A stretch of 64,000 nt of DNA from Vulcanimicrobiota bacterium (GCA_050250895.1 JBFWNU010000006.1:507720-571719), one strand, 5' to 3'; positions 18,449-28,814 are shown, counted from the first letter of the stretch. Numbers and translations: made by a program. Notes: generated by a model from the letters alone, not told the origin.

Positions 18449-19705
18449 TTAGGTGCGCAGTAGCGACAGCGGTCGCCCACCCCAACCGGGGAAGAGTCCA
18501 CCCGTCGAGGCCAGTTCCAGGTGTTTGCCCGCCACTTCCGAGAAGACGGCCCGAAAGTCCGTGGTCACGGGCAGGTCGCGACCATCTTCGAGGTTCTCCA
18601 TGGCCAATTCGGGAACGGTCCCATAGACCCGTCCGCCCACCACGTCGTTGCCCAGGATAAAAAGGCACGACCCTCTCCCGTGGTCGGTACCGCCGGACCC
18701 GTTCTGAGCCACGGTGCGGCCGAATTCGGTCATGGTCATTACGGTGACTTTGTCCTGGAACTCTTCCAGGTCGCTCCAAAAGGCCGCGATCGATTGAGCC
18801 AGTTCATTGCTGCGCTGGAAGAACGTGCCGTTCTCGGTGCCCTGCCCGACGTGGGTGTCCCAGCCCCCCGATTCGGCGAAGCCAACCTCGAGGCCGACCC
18901 CGGCCTTGATTAACTGGGCGATTTGGCGCAGGCTCTGGCCCAGTCCTGAGCCCGGATAGTTGACTCCGGGACGAGGTCGATAGTTGCGAAACTCGTCACT
19001 CGAGAGCAGCTTCATGGCGTCAAAGGTCTCGCTGCCCGTGCCGCGGAGCAGATCTTGCGACGTCTCGCGGTACATCTCTTCCAGGCTTTTGCCCCCCCCC
19101 GTGTCAACGCTCTTGCGCTTGCCCCGACCCACCTGAACCTGAAACTGGTCCAGGTTGGCGATGGCCAGCGAGGGATTGGGCCCATAAAGCGATCGCGGCA
19201 GCGCCCGCGTGATGGCTACGCTTTGGAAGGGAGTAGCCTCATGCCCGAGCAACCCGGTGGCCCGATTGAGCCAGCCCGAAGCCGTACCTTTTCGGCCCGG
19301 AGTGCCCGTTTCCATATAGTCCTGGGCGTCGAAGTGGGAGCGAGTGCTATCGGGTGAGCCAACTCCATGGACGATCGCCAGCTGGCCGGCGCGAAAGGCC
19401 GGATGCAGCCCCCCCAGCCCGGGATGAAGGCCGAAGCGGCCATCGAGTTCGAGCAGGCCCCTGCCCCCCTGAGCCATGTGGAGCTGCGGCCTGAGGGTTT
19501 GCAGGCTGCTATCGCCCAGTGGCTGCACGGCCATGAGGCCATCCATAGCCCCCCGCTGGAAGATGCAAACGAGGGTGCGGCGGCGGTCGCCAAGTTTTCC
19601 GGGAGCGGCCTGCGCCGCTCGGGTCAAAAAAAGCGGTGTGCCGCCGAGCGTGGCCGAAAAGAGCGCCAGGCTACCGGTCTTTAAAAAGGCACGTCGGGTC
19701 CACAT
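18449..19705 (-). CDS. DUF1501 family Tat-exported protein
   Basis: TRRAFLK Tat motif; RGAMDGL, RSHFDAQ, GGWDTH, TEFGRT, GTDHG. Confidence 0.9.
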   Translation of the reverse strand: MWTRRAFLKTGSLALFSATLGGTPLFLTRAAQAAPGKLGDRRRTLVCIFQRGAMDGLMAVQPLGDSSLQTLRPQLHMAQGGRGLLELDGRFGLHPGLGGLHPAFRAGQLAIVHGVGSPDSTRSHFDAQDYMETGTPGRKGTASGWLNRATGLLGHEATPFQSVAITRALPRSLYGPNPSLAIANLDQFQVQVGRGKRKSVDTGGGKSLEEMYRETSQDLLRGTGSETFDAMKLLSSDEFRNYRPRPGVNYPGSGLGQSLRQIAQLIKAGVGLEVGFAESGGWDTHVGQGTENGTFFQRSNELAQSIAAFWSDLEEFQDKVTVMTMTEFGRTVAQNGSGGTDHGRGSCLFILGNDVVGGRVYGTVPELAMENLEDGRDLPVTTDFRAVFSEVAGKHLELASTGGLFPGWGGRPLSLLRT

Positions 19706-19708
19706 TTT

Positions 19709-21505
19709 CTACCTCCTTTGAAACTCGGGCGAGCCCAGAATCAGGCCCACCAGCTTGGCACTGGCCCGCTGGCGACTGTCCAGGCGAAAACCGCCACCAT
19801 CACCGCGACCACTCGAGCCCTTCTTCTGCAAATTGCCCACGAATTCCGGGTCCTGGGCGGCGGGCAAAAGTTCGCTGACGGTCTCGGCCACCGGGCGGCC
19901 GGGCAAAAGACGTCGAGCGTAGGCGGTGAGGGCCTTCTCAGGCGAGCCCTTCGGCTTGAGCAAGCGTTTGTCATAGCGAATGCCGGGGATCTCGCCCAGA
20001 GCAAAGTTCAGCCCGAAATTCATGCGGGTCAGTAGAGTTCCACTGTTGATCCAGGTATCGGCCTGATCGGGAAACCCGGTGGGAGCCTGATAGGCATAGA
20101 GCGGTTGACCCATCTCGGCCAACCAATCGTAGAACGGCCGGCTGGGAGTGATGCTGGCCCCGGTGGCTCGGGCCGCGCTGACGGCCAACTCGAGCGGTGA
20201 CTTGATCTTGGCCCGTCGGGCCTCGGGCGACCAGAACTCGGGAGAGTGAACCAGCGTGCGCAAAACGACGGGGATCTGCCCCTGGCTGTCGAGATAGCTG
20301 CGAGCCAGCCGCTCTTCCAGGCTGGCCGGGGGCTGATCCGAGACAAAACGCACGGCCAGTTTGTGGGCCAGATGGCGGGCGGTCGAAGGATGGACCGAGA
20401 GAATGTCGAGCACCTGCTCACCCTCGTCCTGCCCGCGGCCGGCGGGGAAGTTACGACCCAGAATCGATTTGGGCTGAGCATCGTGGAAAGGAGCGACAAA
20501 AAGGAAGTCTCCCTGCTCAACCACGCCGACCTCACCGCCTCTCTCGAGCAACCGGGACAGGCCCGGCCGCAGATCCGGGTTCGGCGGCATCATGGTCCAA
20601 CCGGTGAAGGCTCGGGCCACCTCGGTGACATCCTGCTGGCTATAGCCACCGTCGACGCCCAGGGTGTGCAGTTCCATCAGTTCGCGGGCATAGTTCTCGT
20701 TGATTCCCTTCTTGCGGCGCGCCATTCTTTTGAGGGCGGCCCGGGCCGCCTCGCGTCGAGGGGCCTCCATCTCGTCAGCCATCATGTCGCTGGTGGTGGC
20801 TGCCTCGGGATTGGCCGAAGACTGCGCGTTGTCGAGATAGAGCAGCATGGCCGGGTGTTTGGCGGTGGCCTCGAGCAGGTCGCGAAAGCGGCCCAGAGCA
20901 TTGGGGCGAATGGCGTCGCGCTCGTAGGCAAGCAAATACGGTCGAGCCTGATTGTCGGTCAGCGACACGTTGAAGTGGTTGAACCAGAAGTCGGTCATTA
21001 CTTCGCGCAACTGGTTGGGGCTTTCGTTGGCGCGCAGAATCTTCTGGGCGAAAAGGGTTCCCAACAACTCGCGCAGCGGGCGGTAGCCGCGTTTCTCCAT
21101 AAACGCCCTCAGGGCCGGGTCGTCGAAGCGGGCTCGCTTTTTCTCCTCGTCCCGCGGGGGCACGATCCCCTCCTTCTCGGCCTGGCGCAAAATCAGTCCA
21201 GGCTGAGGATAGGTGGCGGAAATCTGGCGGCTGGTCATGGTGATGGCCGGCAGTTTCTCGAGCCGGGCTTGCAGCTCGTTCTCAGGTAGGTCAGCCTTCA
21301 ATTGCTGCTCGAACCAGTTTTCCAGGCCCTGCTGGGCGACCTGTTCCACCTGACCGGGCGTGGGCCCAAAACTGAAACGGCTGAGCAGGTGGGCGGCCGC
21401 TTCTTCCTTGCCAAGGTCCTGCTGCGCGTAGGGCAGTTCGGCCCGGGCCACGCCAGCCAGCCGGAGCATCAGGCCGAGGATTATCAGGGTTCTAAGAAAA
21501 CTCAC
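19709..21505 (-). CDS. DUF1800 family protein
   Basis: FWFNHFNV, HPAMLLYLDN, NENYARELMELHTLG, SPEFQRR; usual partner of DUF1501. Confidence 0.92.
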   Translation of the reverse strand: MSFLRTLIILGLMLRLAGVARAELPYAQQDLGKEEAAAHLLSRFSFGPTPGQVEQVAQQGLENWFEQQLKADLPENELQARLEKLPAITMTSRQISATYPQPGLILRQAEKEGIVPPRDEEKKRARFDDPALRAFMEKRGYRPLRELLGTLFAQKILRANESPNQLREVMTDFWFNHFNVSLTDNQARPYLLAYERDAIRPNALGRFRDLLEATAKHPAMLLYLDNAQSSANPEAATTSDMMADEMEAPRREAARAALKRMARRKKGINENYARELMELHTLGVDGGYSQQDVTEVARAFTGWTMMPPNPDLRPGLSRLLERGGEVGVVEQGDFLFVAPFHDAQPKSILGRNFPAGRGQDEGEQVLDILSVHPSTARHLAHKLAVRFVSDQPPASLEERLARSYLDSQGQIPVVLRTLVHSPEFWSPEARRAKIKSPLELAVSAARATGASITPSRPFYDWLAEMGQPLYAYQAPTGFPDQADTWINSGTLLTRMNFGLNFALGEIPGIRYDKRLLKPKGSPEKALTAYARRLLPGRPVAETVSELLPAAQDPEFVGNLQKKGSSGRGDGGGFRLDSRQRASAKLVGLILGSPEFQRR

Positions 21506-21561
21506 GTAACATCCTCCCAGGGTCTACTCCTTGAGAACAGATCACCTGGAGATATGTTACA

Positions 21562-22947
21562 TCATCGATTCAAAAAACCGAAGACTCCTTCTTTTTTCTG
21601 GCCTTCGGGTTTCTCTGGCTCGCTCGATGACCGGTCGGGCGAAGCCCCTTCCAGTTCGACCTGTCCCGCCACCTCGACCTTGATTCCGGAGGCGATCTCG
21701 GTGGTCGCCAGCACACCCAGGCCAGGAACGGACCTGGCCAGAATCTTGCGCACGAAGAGCCGAGTCGGTGGGTCGGTAAACAGCACCGGCGGCGAGCCGT
21801 GCTCTTCTAGCTGTTTGCGCACCGCCACCACCAGGTCCTCGGCCGTGTCCTTGGTCAAGCTGAGAACCGGCCCGCGGTCGGTTGACTGGATACTATCGGT
21901 CAACAGCTTCTCGGTGTTGGGACCGAGCGCCAGCCCACGCAACACGCCATCTTGATTGAGGTAAGTATTGCAAATCTGGCGAGATAGCGCTCCGCGACAG
22001 AACTCGGTCACCAGGTCGACCCGCTCGAGCCGGTCGAGCATATCGCCGGCCGTTTCGAGAATGGTCACCAGATCGCGCACCGGAACCCGCTCCGATAGCA
22101 GGTTGCGCAGCACCTGGCGAATCAAGCGCAGGTTGCGACGGTCGACCAGAAAGTCTTCTACCACCACCGGGTGGGTGGGGGCCAGTCGGGTGATGAGTTC
22201 ATGGGTTTCTTGCAGACCCAGGAGTTCGGGACAGGCCGTGGCCACAATCGCTTTGAGGTGGGTCATCAGCACGGCCAGCGGGCCCAGCACCAGGCAGCCC
22301 GATTGTTCAGCCTGGTCGCGCAACTCGGGCTCGATCCACTTGGCCCGCATGCGATGGACCGGGTCGGTGGTGGCCCAACCCTCGAGGCGGTCGAGCTGCT
22401 CGTGGCCACCCAGTGCCATCAGTCGATCGAGGAACACTTCACCCGCGGCGGCGGCAGCGTCTTTGATGCGAACCACATACTGGTTGGGGTCGAGCTGAAG
22501 GTTATCTAGCACCCGAATGGGAGGGGTAACGATGCCCAACTCGCGAGCTACGTCTTCGCGCACACTCTCGAGCTTGCCCATCAAAGGACAACCGTGCTGG
22601 GGATCGGCCACCGGCAGCAGCGAGCGGCCCAATTCGAGCGCCAGAGGATCCTGATAAACATAGGGGTCGGTACCCGGCTCGGCTCGGCCGTCGAAGCTCA
22701 GTTGCAGCTCGCCCTCGACGTTCCAGCCCTCGTTGACCAGGCGCATCAGGCCCTGCTGGACCTCGGCTTTGAGACCGTAGTGGGTGCCCACGAAGAGATA
22801 GCAGACATCCTCGTCGCCGCGGGTGAGCTTGATATAGATCTGGCGACCCTTCTCGTTTCGCTTCCACGGGGCGAACGGTTCGTAGAGATCGCCGATGCGC
22901 AGCACCTGCAGGCTCTCCTGCATCTCCTCCGGCTTGTTTCTGGCCAT
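21562..22947 (-). CDS. Stand-alone FlhA/SctV (FHIPEP) cytoplasmic domain protein
   Basis: DPLALELGRSL, ELGIVTPPIRVLDNLQLDPNQY, QVLRNLLSERVPVRDLVTILE, TEFCRGALSRQI; no TM domain. Confidence 0.88.
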   Translation of the reverse strand: MARNKPEEMQESLQVLRIGDLYEPFAPWKRNEKGRQIYIKLTRGDEDVCYLFVGTHYGLKAEVQQGLMRLVNEGWNVEGELQLSFDGRAEPGTDPYVYQDPLALELGRSLLPVADPQHGCPLMGKLESVREDVARELGIVTPPIRVLDNLQLDPNQYVVRIKDAAAAAGEVFLDRLMALGGHEQLDRLEGWATTDPVHRMRAKWIEPELRDQAEQSGCLVLGPLAVLMTHLKAIVATACPELLGLQETHELITRLAPTHPVVVEDFLVDRRNLRLIRQVLRNLLSERVPVRDLVTILETAGDMLDRLERVDLVTEFCRGALSRQICNTYLNQDGVLRGLALGPNTEKLLTDSIQSTDRGPVLSLTKDTAEDLVVAVRKQLEEHGSPPVLFTDPPTRLFVRKILARSVPGLGVLATTEIASGIKVEVAGQVELEGASPDRSSSEPEKPEGQKKEGVFGFLNR

Positions 22948-22949
22948 CG

Positions 22950-23471
22950 CTACCCTTTCTGTTCCTCGGCCGGCTGCTCGGTGGGCTCCTCGGCCGGCTC
23001 GAACTCCAGGGGCTTCTGATTATCGACCCACTGCACCTTACCATCCATCTGGCTCAATTCGAGTCCGAACTCTTTGGTGAACCAGGCGGCCAGTTCAGGG
23101 TTGTCGAGGGTCTTGACCGGGCCGCTGACCCACACGATGGAACTCTTCTTGCTCATCAGCTCTTCAGGAGTCACGCCGTTACCGGCGCGCACCAACACAC
23201 CCTTGTCAGGAGTCGAAGTCGAGATGAGCACGAAAAAGCCCGAACTGTTAAGCTCGGGAGAGTTGATATGGGCGGCCAGTTCTCCCGAACAAGAGAGTAA
23301 AGCCGTGCCACTCATCTCTTCGACCTGCTCGGGAAGTTGGCGATGATCGTAGCCCTGGTCCTTGACCACGGCAGCCGGCGTGGGCGTGGCCGCCGGGGGC
23401 GTGGGGTTGGTGCAGCCCACCATCGTGAGACCGGCCAGAAGTAACGTGAATAATGGAGTCCATCTCGACAT
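22950..23471 (-). CDS. Lipoprotein, unknown function
   Basis: MSRWTPLFTLLLAGLTMVG-C lipobox, then PT-rich linker. Confidence 0.75.
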   Translation of the reverse strand: MSRWTPLFTLLLAGLTMVGCTNPTPPAATPTPAAVVKDQGYDHRQLPEQVEEMSGTALLSCSGELAAHINSPELNSSGFFVLISTSTPDKGVLVRAGNGVTPEELMSKKSSIVWVSGPVKTLDNPELAAWFTKEFGLELSQMDGKVQWVDNQKPLEFEPAEEPTEQPAEEQKG

Positions 23472-23556
23472 AGAGGCCCAGTTAAACCCACCCCCGGACG
23501 AATCCTTTCGAGCCCCGGTGAGAGGTCGGTTTACCGCTGTGCCGAAGGTGGATGTC

Positions 23557-24951
23557 GTGGCCGATTTCTTGACTCTCGAGGAAGCCGCCGAGCAACTCGG
23601 CATCGACGACACCACCCTGCGGCGCTGGATCAAAAGGGGCAAGGCGCTGGCCTCGCGCCGAGCGGGCACCTATTTGCTGCGCGCCACCGAAGTGGATCGT
23701 TTGCGCACGGTTGCCCCCGAAGACGAGAGCGAACCGATGTTGTCGATTCCGCGAGCCGTCAAGCCCAGTCGACCCAAAGCCGGGGCCGACGAGTTGCTGG
23801 CCCAGATGCAAGAGCGCTTGCAACGCCTCGAAGAGATGCAGACCCAGGCCCCCGCGCCCGACCGCAGCGCGGCCCTGGAAGAACGAATCACCGATCTCAC
23901 CGAAGAGTTGCGAGCCCGCGATCAGGCTATCGATGAACTCGAGGCCAGGCTCGACTCCAAAGATGACGAGAAGGCGGTGGCCGCAGCGGTCGAGGCCGCC
24001 ACCGCCCCCCTTCAAGAGCGGCTTGCCGGCCTCGAGAACGAACTGAAAACCAGTCGCCTGGAGCTGGCTGAGTACCGCTCCAAACTCGATCGCCTGGAAA
24101 GCGAGAAGGCCGAGTTGGCGGGGCAGAGCCGGGCTCTCAAGAGCGAGCTCGCGAAGACTTCCACCGAGAACCTGGAACTCGACCGGGTCCGTTCGCGGGC
24201 CGAGGCGTTATTGCTCGAGAAGGAAGAGCTACTCGAGCGAGTGCGGGCGCTCGAGGCCAGCCCCCCGGTAGACCACGAGAGGACTCACGAACTCGAACGG
24301 CAATTGGCCGATCAGGTGCTGCTGGCCGGACGGCTCGAGCGTGAACGCGACGAACTGCGCGACCGAGCCGGACGACTGGTCCGCGATTTGGCCGCCCGCA
24401 CCCGCGACAGCCAGGACCTGGATCACCTGGCCGACCGTTATGACGAACTGGTGGTTCACACTAATAAGGTCGAGCATCAGTTAGAACAGGCCCTGGACCG
24501 ATTGTCGGCCATCGAGCGAGAGTTTGCCTCGAGCAGCGACGCGTTCGAGACCCGCGAAGCTCAGCTCGAACTCGAGAATCGCCGCTTGAAAGAGAAGCTC
24601 AACGACCTGCAATACAAGCTCGAACTGGGGGGCGGGTCGCGCCAGTCCGAGGATGCCCGCGAGCTCCTTGGACAGATGGCCGCCCTCGAAGAACAAATGG
24701 CGGAAAAAGATGCCTTGATTCAAGGCGAGTATCGCGAGAAGGCCGCTCTCATCGACCGCTGCGAACACCTCGAGCGAGAGTTTTATGACCTGCAACAACG
24801 GTATGACAAAGAGAAATCCGAGTGGTCCGAGATCCTGGCCCGCGAGATCCAGAACCGAGATCGGCTGATCCAGCAGTCTTATGACCCGACTCCCAAGGGG
24901 CAACAACGCGGAGGCTGGGGGCTGTTTCGCCCCAAGAATGACACCCGATGA
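23557..24951 (+). CDS. Excisionase/MerR-like HTH fused to long coiled coil
   Basis: FLTLEEAAEQLGIDDTTLRRWIKRG; long heptad region; GTG start is approximate. Confidence 0.8.
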   Translation: MADFLTLEEAAEQLGIDDTTLRRWIKRGKALASRRAGTYLLRATEVDRLRTVAPEDESEPMLSIPRAVKPSRPKAGADELLAQMQERLQRLEEMQTQAPAPDRSAALEERITDLTEELRARDQAIDELEARLDSKDDEKAVAAAVEAATAPLQERLAGLENELKTSRLELAEYRSKLDRLESEKAELAGQSRALKSELAKTSTENLELDRVRSRAEALLLEKEELLERVRALEASPPVDHERTHELERQLADQVLLAGRLERERDELRDRAGRLVRDLAARTRDSQDLDHLADRYDELVVHTNKVEHQLEQALDRLSAIEREFASSSDAFETREAQLELENRRLKEKLNDLQYKLELGGGSRQSEDARELLGQMAALEEQMAEKDALIQGEYREKAALIDRCEHLEREFYDLQQRYDKEKSEWSEILAREIQNRDRLIQQSYDPTPKGQQRGGWGLFRPKNDTR

Positions 24952-25304
24952 AGCACTGGTTGACGGTAGGAGCCATTCTGGGGGGTCTATCGGTCCTGCT
25001 GGGCGCCTTCGGCGCGCATGCCCTCAAAGAGGTCCTCTCGCCTGAGAGGCTGGTCACCTTCGAGACGGCGGTCCGCTATCAGTTCTATCATGCCCTGGCT
25101 CTGCTGGCGGTGGGCCAGTTCGCCGCCGACAATCTCTGGGCTGCAAGGGCAGGCGGGCTGTTTGCCGTGGGCGTAGCCCTGTTCTCCGGCTCGCTCTATC
25201 TGCTCTGCGCCACCGGAATCACCATCCTGGGCGCCATTACCCCCTTCGGGGGGTTATCATTTATGGCAGGCTGGGTCTGCCTGGCTGTGGCCAGTCGTCG
25301 ATGA
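24948..25304 (+). CDS. DUF423 (YgdD/TMEM256) membrane protein
   Basis: GAFGAHAL, TAVRYQFYH, FSGSLY, ITPFGG. Confidence 0.92.
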   Translation: MKHWLTVGAILGGLSVLLGAFGAHALKEVLSPERLVTFETAVRYQFYHALALLAVGQFAADNLWAARAGGLFAVGVALFSGSLYLLCATGITILGAITPFGGLSFMAGWVCLAVASRR

Positions 25305-26071
25305 GAGAGTGGATCTATGCCAACCATCGTCTGGCTTTCTGGCTGGGCACGACAGCGGTGGCGCTGGGATTGTGCCTATTTCGAGGGCCGACCGAGGGGT
25401 TGGGGGTGCTGCTGGCGGGCCTCTTGATCGAGCCGATGCTCATTCCCCAGGGACGGCTCTGGGGGCCGGTGCAGACCCACTTGCCCGACGACTCTACGGT
25501 GGCCCTGACCTTTGACGATGGCCCCTCGGAACACACCGAAGAATTGCTAGATATCCTGGCCGCGCTCGAGGTCAAAGCCACCTTCTTCGTAATTGGAAGC
25601 CAGGTTCAGAAGTTTCCGGACACCGCCCGCCGCATCGCCGCCGAGGGCCACGGGCTGGGCAATCATACCCAGAACCATCCCAACTTGTTGCTGACGTCGT
25701 CGGCAAGAACGATGGCCGAGATCGAGACGGCCAACCGGGTCATCCAACAAGTCACCGGGATCACTCCCCGGCTCTTTCGACCGCCTTATGGATACCGCAC
25801 GCCGCTGGTCCATCGCGCCGTGCGCAGGCTCGGTCAGCGAATGATCACGTGGTCCGTCAACCCGCGCGACTTTCTCGACCCCGGGCTGACCACCCTGATC
25901 ACCAGGGTGCTGCAAGAGGTGGGTCCCGGCGACATCGTCTTGCTGCATGACGGCAGGGCCAACCGGGCTGACACGGTGGCCGCCGTGCCGATTCTGGTCC
26001 GGGCCCTTCGCCAACGAGGGCTAGAACCGGTGCCGCTCGAGGGCGCGAACGTGGGTTTGGAAGGAAGCTGA
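25301..26071 (+). CDS. Polysaccharide deacetylase (NodB/CE4), membrane anchored
   Basis: LTFDDGP, GNHTQNH, FRPPYG, LLHD. Confidence 0.93.
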   Translation: MREWIYANHRLAFWLGTTAVALGLCLFRGPTEGLGVLLAGLLIEPMLIPQGRLWGPVQTHLPDDSTVALTFDDGPSEHTEELLDILAALEVKATFFVIGSQVQKFPDTARRIAAEGHGLGNHTQNHPNLLLTSSARTMAEIETANRVIQQVTGITPRLFRPPYGYRTPLVHRAVRRLGQRMITWSVNPRDFLDPGLTTLITRVLQEVGPGDIVLLHDGRANRADTVAAVPILVRALRQRGLEPVPLEGANVGLEGS

Positions 26072-26094
26072 CCTCGGCTCCCTAACCTGTCTCG

Positions 26095-27915
26095 ATGCCA
26101 AGAGTCAGGGTTCTCGATAAAAGCGTGGCCGAACGGATCGCCGCTGGCGAGGTGGTCGAGCGACCCGCCTCGGTGGTCAAAGAACTGGTCGAGAATTCGC
26201 TCGACGCCGGTGCTTCGAAGGTGACCGTCGAACTCCACGCGGGCGGCATTCATCGCCTGCGGGTGATCGACGACGGGTTCGGCATGAGCCGCGATGACGC
26301 CAACCTGGCCCTGCAACGGTTTGCCACCAGCAAGATTCGCGAGTGGGAAGACCTGGATTCACTCGATTCGCTCGGTTTTCGCGGCGAGGCGCTGCCCAGC
26401 ATCGCAGCCGTGTCTCGCCTCGAGATCGTCACTAGCGAACCGCAAGCGGAGTTCGGCTGTCGTCTCGAGGTCGATGGGGGAGAGGTGGTGGCCGACACCG
26501 ATGTGGCCCCGGTCGGGGGCACCCGCATTACCGTGAGCGACCTCTATTACAACACCCCCGCTCGGCGCAAATTCTTGCGCAGTCCAGCGGCCGAGACCTC
26601 GCAAACGGTCGATCTGATTTCTCGTCTGGGGGTGACCCGGCCCGAAGTGCAGTTCTCGGTCTTATCCAACGGCCGTGAACTCTTGATGTTCGCCCAGGGA
26701 ATGGCCTTGCGTGATCGGCTGGCCACCATCTGGAAGATCCCCCGCGAAGCGCTGGTCGATGTGGCCGGCATGGTCGAAGGGGTGACAGTGGTGGGTCTGG
26801 CGGCTCTACCCGAACACACGCGGGGGAACCGCACCGGTCAGATTTTCACTGTCAATGGACGTCTCATCAAGTCGGCCATGTTGAGCCAGGCCGTGCTCGA
26901 GGGCTATAGCCCGATGGTCCCTCGGGGGCGGTTTCCGCTGGTGCTGCTCAACCTGGTGCTCGATCCCGGAGCCATCGACGTCAACGTTCATCCCACCAAA
27001 GCCGAAGTGCGTTTCGCCAATCAGCGCAGCCCCTTTCGGGCGGTGCACCGCACTCTGGCCGCGGCCCTGGAAGAGGCCGAGGCCGAGACCGTGTTGCCCC
27101 GCCATCTCGAAGCCGTGCTCGAGCTGCCTCCCGAACCGGCGCGCGCCCCCTGGAATGAAGAGGCGCGGCCCGCTCCCGAGCCGGTGGCTGCGGCCGTCTC
27201 GTGGTCGCGACCCAGCCCCCCACCGCGCTCGCCGGGAACCGACCGGGTGCTCGAGCTCTATCGGCCCTTGCCCGAGCCCGACCTGGCCCAGGCGAACGCT
27301 CCCGAGCCGCAGACCAGGCTTGAATTCGAGTTCCAGGACGAGATCGAGGTGTTGGCCCAGATCCATAACAGCTACATCGTGGCTCTGGTCGACGGCGAAC
27401 TGTGGGTGATCGATCAGCACGCCGCTCACGAGCGCATTCATTATGAGCGATTGGCCCATCTGGCCGTGGTAGGCGGCGGGGCCCAGGGCTTCGTGGTCCC
27501 CGAAGTGGTCGAGTTTTCCCCGGCCGTGAGCGCGTTTCTGCAGGGCCATCTCGACGACTTTGCCAGTCTCGGCTTTGAAGCCGAGCCATTCGGCGGCACC
27601 GCCTTCCAGTTGCGGACCGTGCCGCCGGGCCTCAAGCCCAAGCTCGGGGTCGAGGTCTTTTCGTCGGTGGTGGAAGAGGCGGCCGAAGGCTCGGTGGCCG
27701 TACGCAGCGCCACCCAGGAGGTGTTGCGCGAAAAGCTGCGGGCCATGGTTGCCTGTAAAAGCTCGATCCGAGCCCGCGAGCGCCTGACCCGCCCCGAGAT
27801 GCACCAGTTGATCGTCGACCTGCTCAAAGCCGAGCGGTCCCCCTATTGCCCCCACGGACGGCCCACCCGCGTGCGCCTGGACCTGCGGGCGCTCGAGCGG
27901 CTATTCCACCGGTGA
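26095..27915 (+). CDS. mutL: DNA mismatch repair endonuclease MutL
   Basis: IAAGEVVERPASVVKELVENSLDA, GFRGEAL, DQHAAHERI, CPHGRP. Confidence 0.98.
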   Translation: MPRVRVLDKSVAERIAAGEVVERPASVVKELVENSLDAGASKVTVELHAGGIHRLRVIDDGFGMSRDDANLALQRFATSKIREWEDLDSLDSLGFRGEALPSIAAVSRLEIVTSEPQAEFGCRLEVDGGEVVADTDVAPVGGTRITVSDLYYNTPARRKFLRSPAAETSQTVDLISRLGVTRPEVQFSVLSNGRELLMFAQGMALRDRLATIWKIPREALVDVAGMVEGVTVVGLAALPEHTRGNRTGQIFTVNGRLIKSAMLSQAVLEGYSPMVPRGRFPLVLLNLVLDPGAIDVNVHPTKAEVRFANQRSPFRAVHRTLAAALEEAEAETVLPRHLEAVLELPPEPARAPWNEEARPAPEPVAAAVSWSRPSPPPRSPGTDRVLELYRPLPEPDLAQANAPEPQTRLEFEFQDEIEVLAQIHNSYIVALVDGELWVIDQHAAHERIHYERLAHLAVVGGGAQGFVVPEVVEFSPAVSAFLQGHLDDFASLGFEAEPFGGTAFQLRTVPPGLKPKLGVEVFSSVVEEAAEGSVAVRSATQEVLREKLRAMVACKSSIRARERLTRPEMHQLIVDLLKAERSPYCPHGRPTRVRLDLRALERLFHR

Positions 27916-28814
27916 AAAGGGTAGTGGCCGTAACCGGTCCTACCGCCTCGGGCAAGACGGCCCTCTCCCTGGCCCTGGCCGAACATTTTCAGGCCGAAAT
28001 CATCAGTGTCGATTCGGCCCTGGTCTATCGTGGTTTAGACATCGCCACGGCTAAGCCAACCCCGGCAGAGCTGGCCAGGGTGCGCCATCACCTGGTCGAC
28101 CTGGTCGAGGTCGACCACCAGTTCAGTTTGGCCGACTTCCAGGCACGGGCCCGTCAGGCCATCGACGACATCCATGGGCGGGGACGCCTGCCTCTGCTGG
28201 TGGGCGGTACCGGCCTCTACCTGCGGGCCCTGACCGAAGGCTACACCCTGCCCGACGCACCACCCGACGAGCGGCTGCGGGCTAGACTGTCTGAGCGGAG
28301 CCTGGCCGAGAACCTGGCCGAACTCGAGCGGCTCGACCCTCAGGCGTTCGGCTTCATCGACCAGCGAAACCCCCGCCGCGTGGTGCGCGCGCTGGAAGTC
28401 TGCAGATTGACGGGCCGCCCCTTCTCGAGCTTCTATCGCCGCCACGACCCCGGTTTCGTGTCGCTCAAGCTGGGGCTGGCCTGGCCGTTCGAGCAATTGC
28501 GCCCCAGAATTCGCCAAAGAGTCGAAGAAATGGTGTCCGCCGGCCTGGTAGAGGAGGTGCGAACACTGTTCGAGAATGGATACGCCCCGCATCTGCGAAG
28601 GCTCCGTATCATCGGATACACCGAGGTTCTAGATGCACTTGAGGGCAACTGCTCGCTGGCCGAGGCGATCGAGCAGATCGTAAGCAACACGGGGCGTCTG
28701 GCTAAGCGTCAGATGACCTGGTTGCGCAAAGAAGAGGGAGTGTGCTGGCTGGAGCCTAACCAACGTCTGCGGGACGAGGCTGTCCGTCTGGTCCAGAATT
28801 TTCTGGCCGCCTAG
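27912..28814 (+). CDS. miaA: tRNA dimethylallyltransferase
   Basis: GPTASGKT, DSALVYRGLDIATAKP, VGGTGLY, AKRQMTW; GTG overlaps the mutL stop. Confidence 0.97.
   Translation: MKRVVAVTGPTASGKTALSLALAEHFQAEIISVDSALVYRGLDIATAKPTPAELARVRHHLVDLVEVDHQFSLADFQARARQAIDDIHGRGRLPLLVGGTGLYLRALTEGYTLPDAPPDERLRARLSERSLAENLAELERLDPQAFGFIDQRNPRRVVRALEVCRLTGRPFSSFYRRHDPGFVSLKLGLAWPFEQLRPRIRQRVEEMVSAGLVEEVRTLFENGYAPHLRRLRIIGYTEVLDALEGNCSLAEAIEQIVSNTGRLAKRQMTWLRKEEGVCWLEPNQRLRDEAVRLVQNFLAA

Noticed and set aside
21534-21561. GTAACA half-site upstream of DUF1800 as a regulon member
   Set aside because: No 11-bp partner. It fits an ECF-type TGTAAC...GTTCT promoter equally well, and the gene has a normal signal peptide.
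23557-23720. Excisionase HTH as evidence of a prophage
   Set aside because: No integrase, att site or phage genes; the HTH is fused to a coiled coil among core genes.
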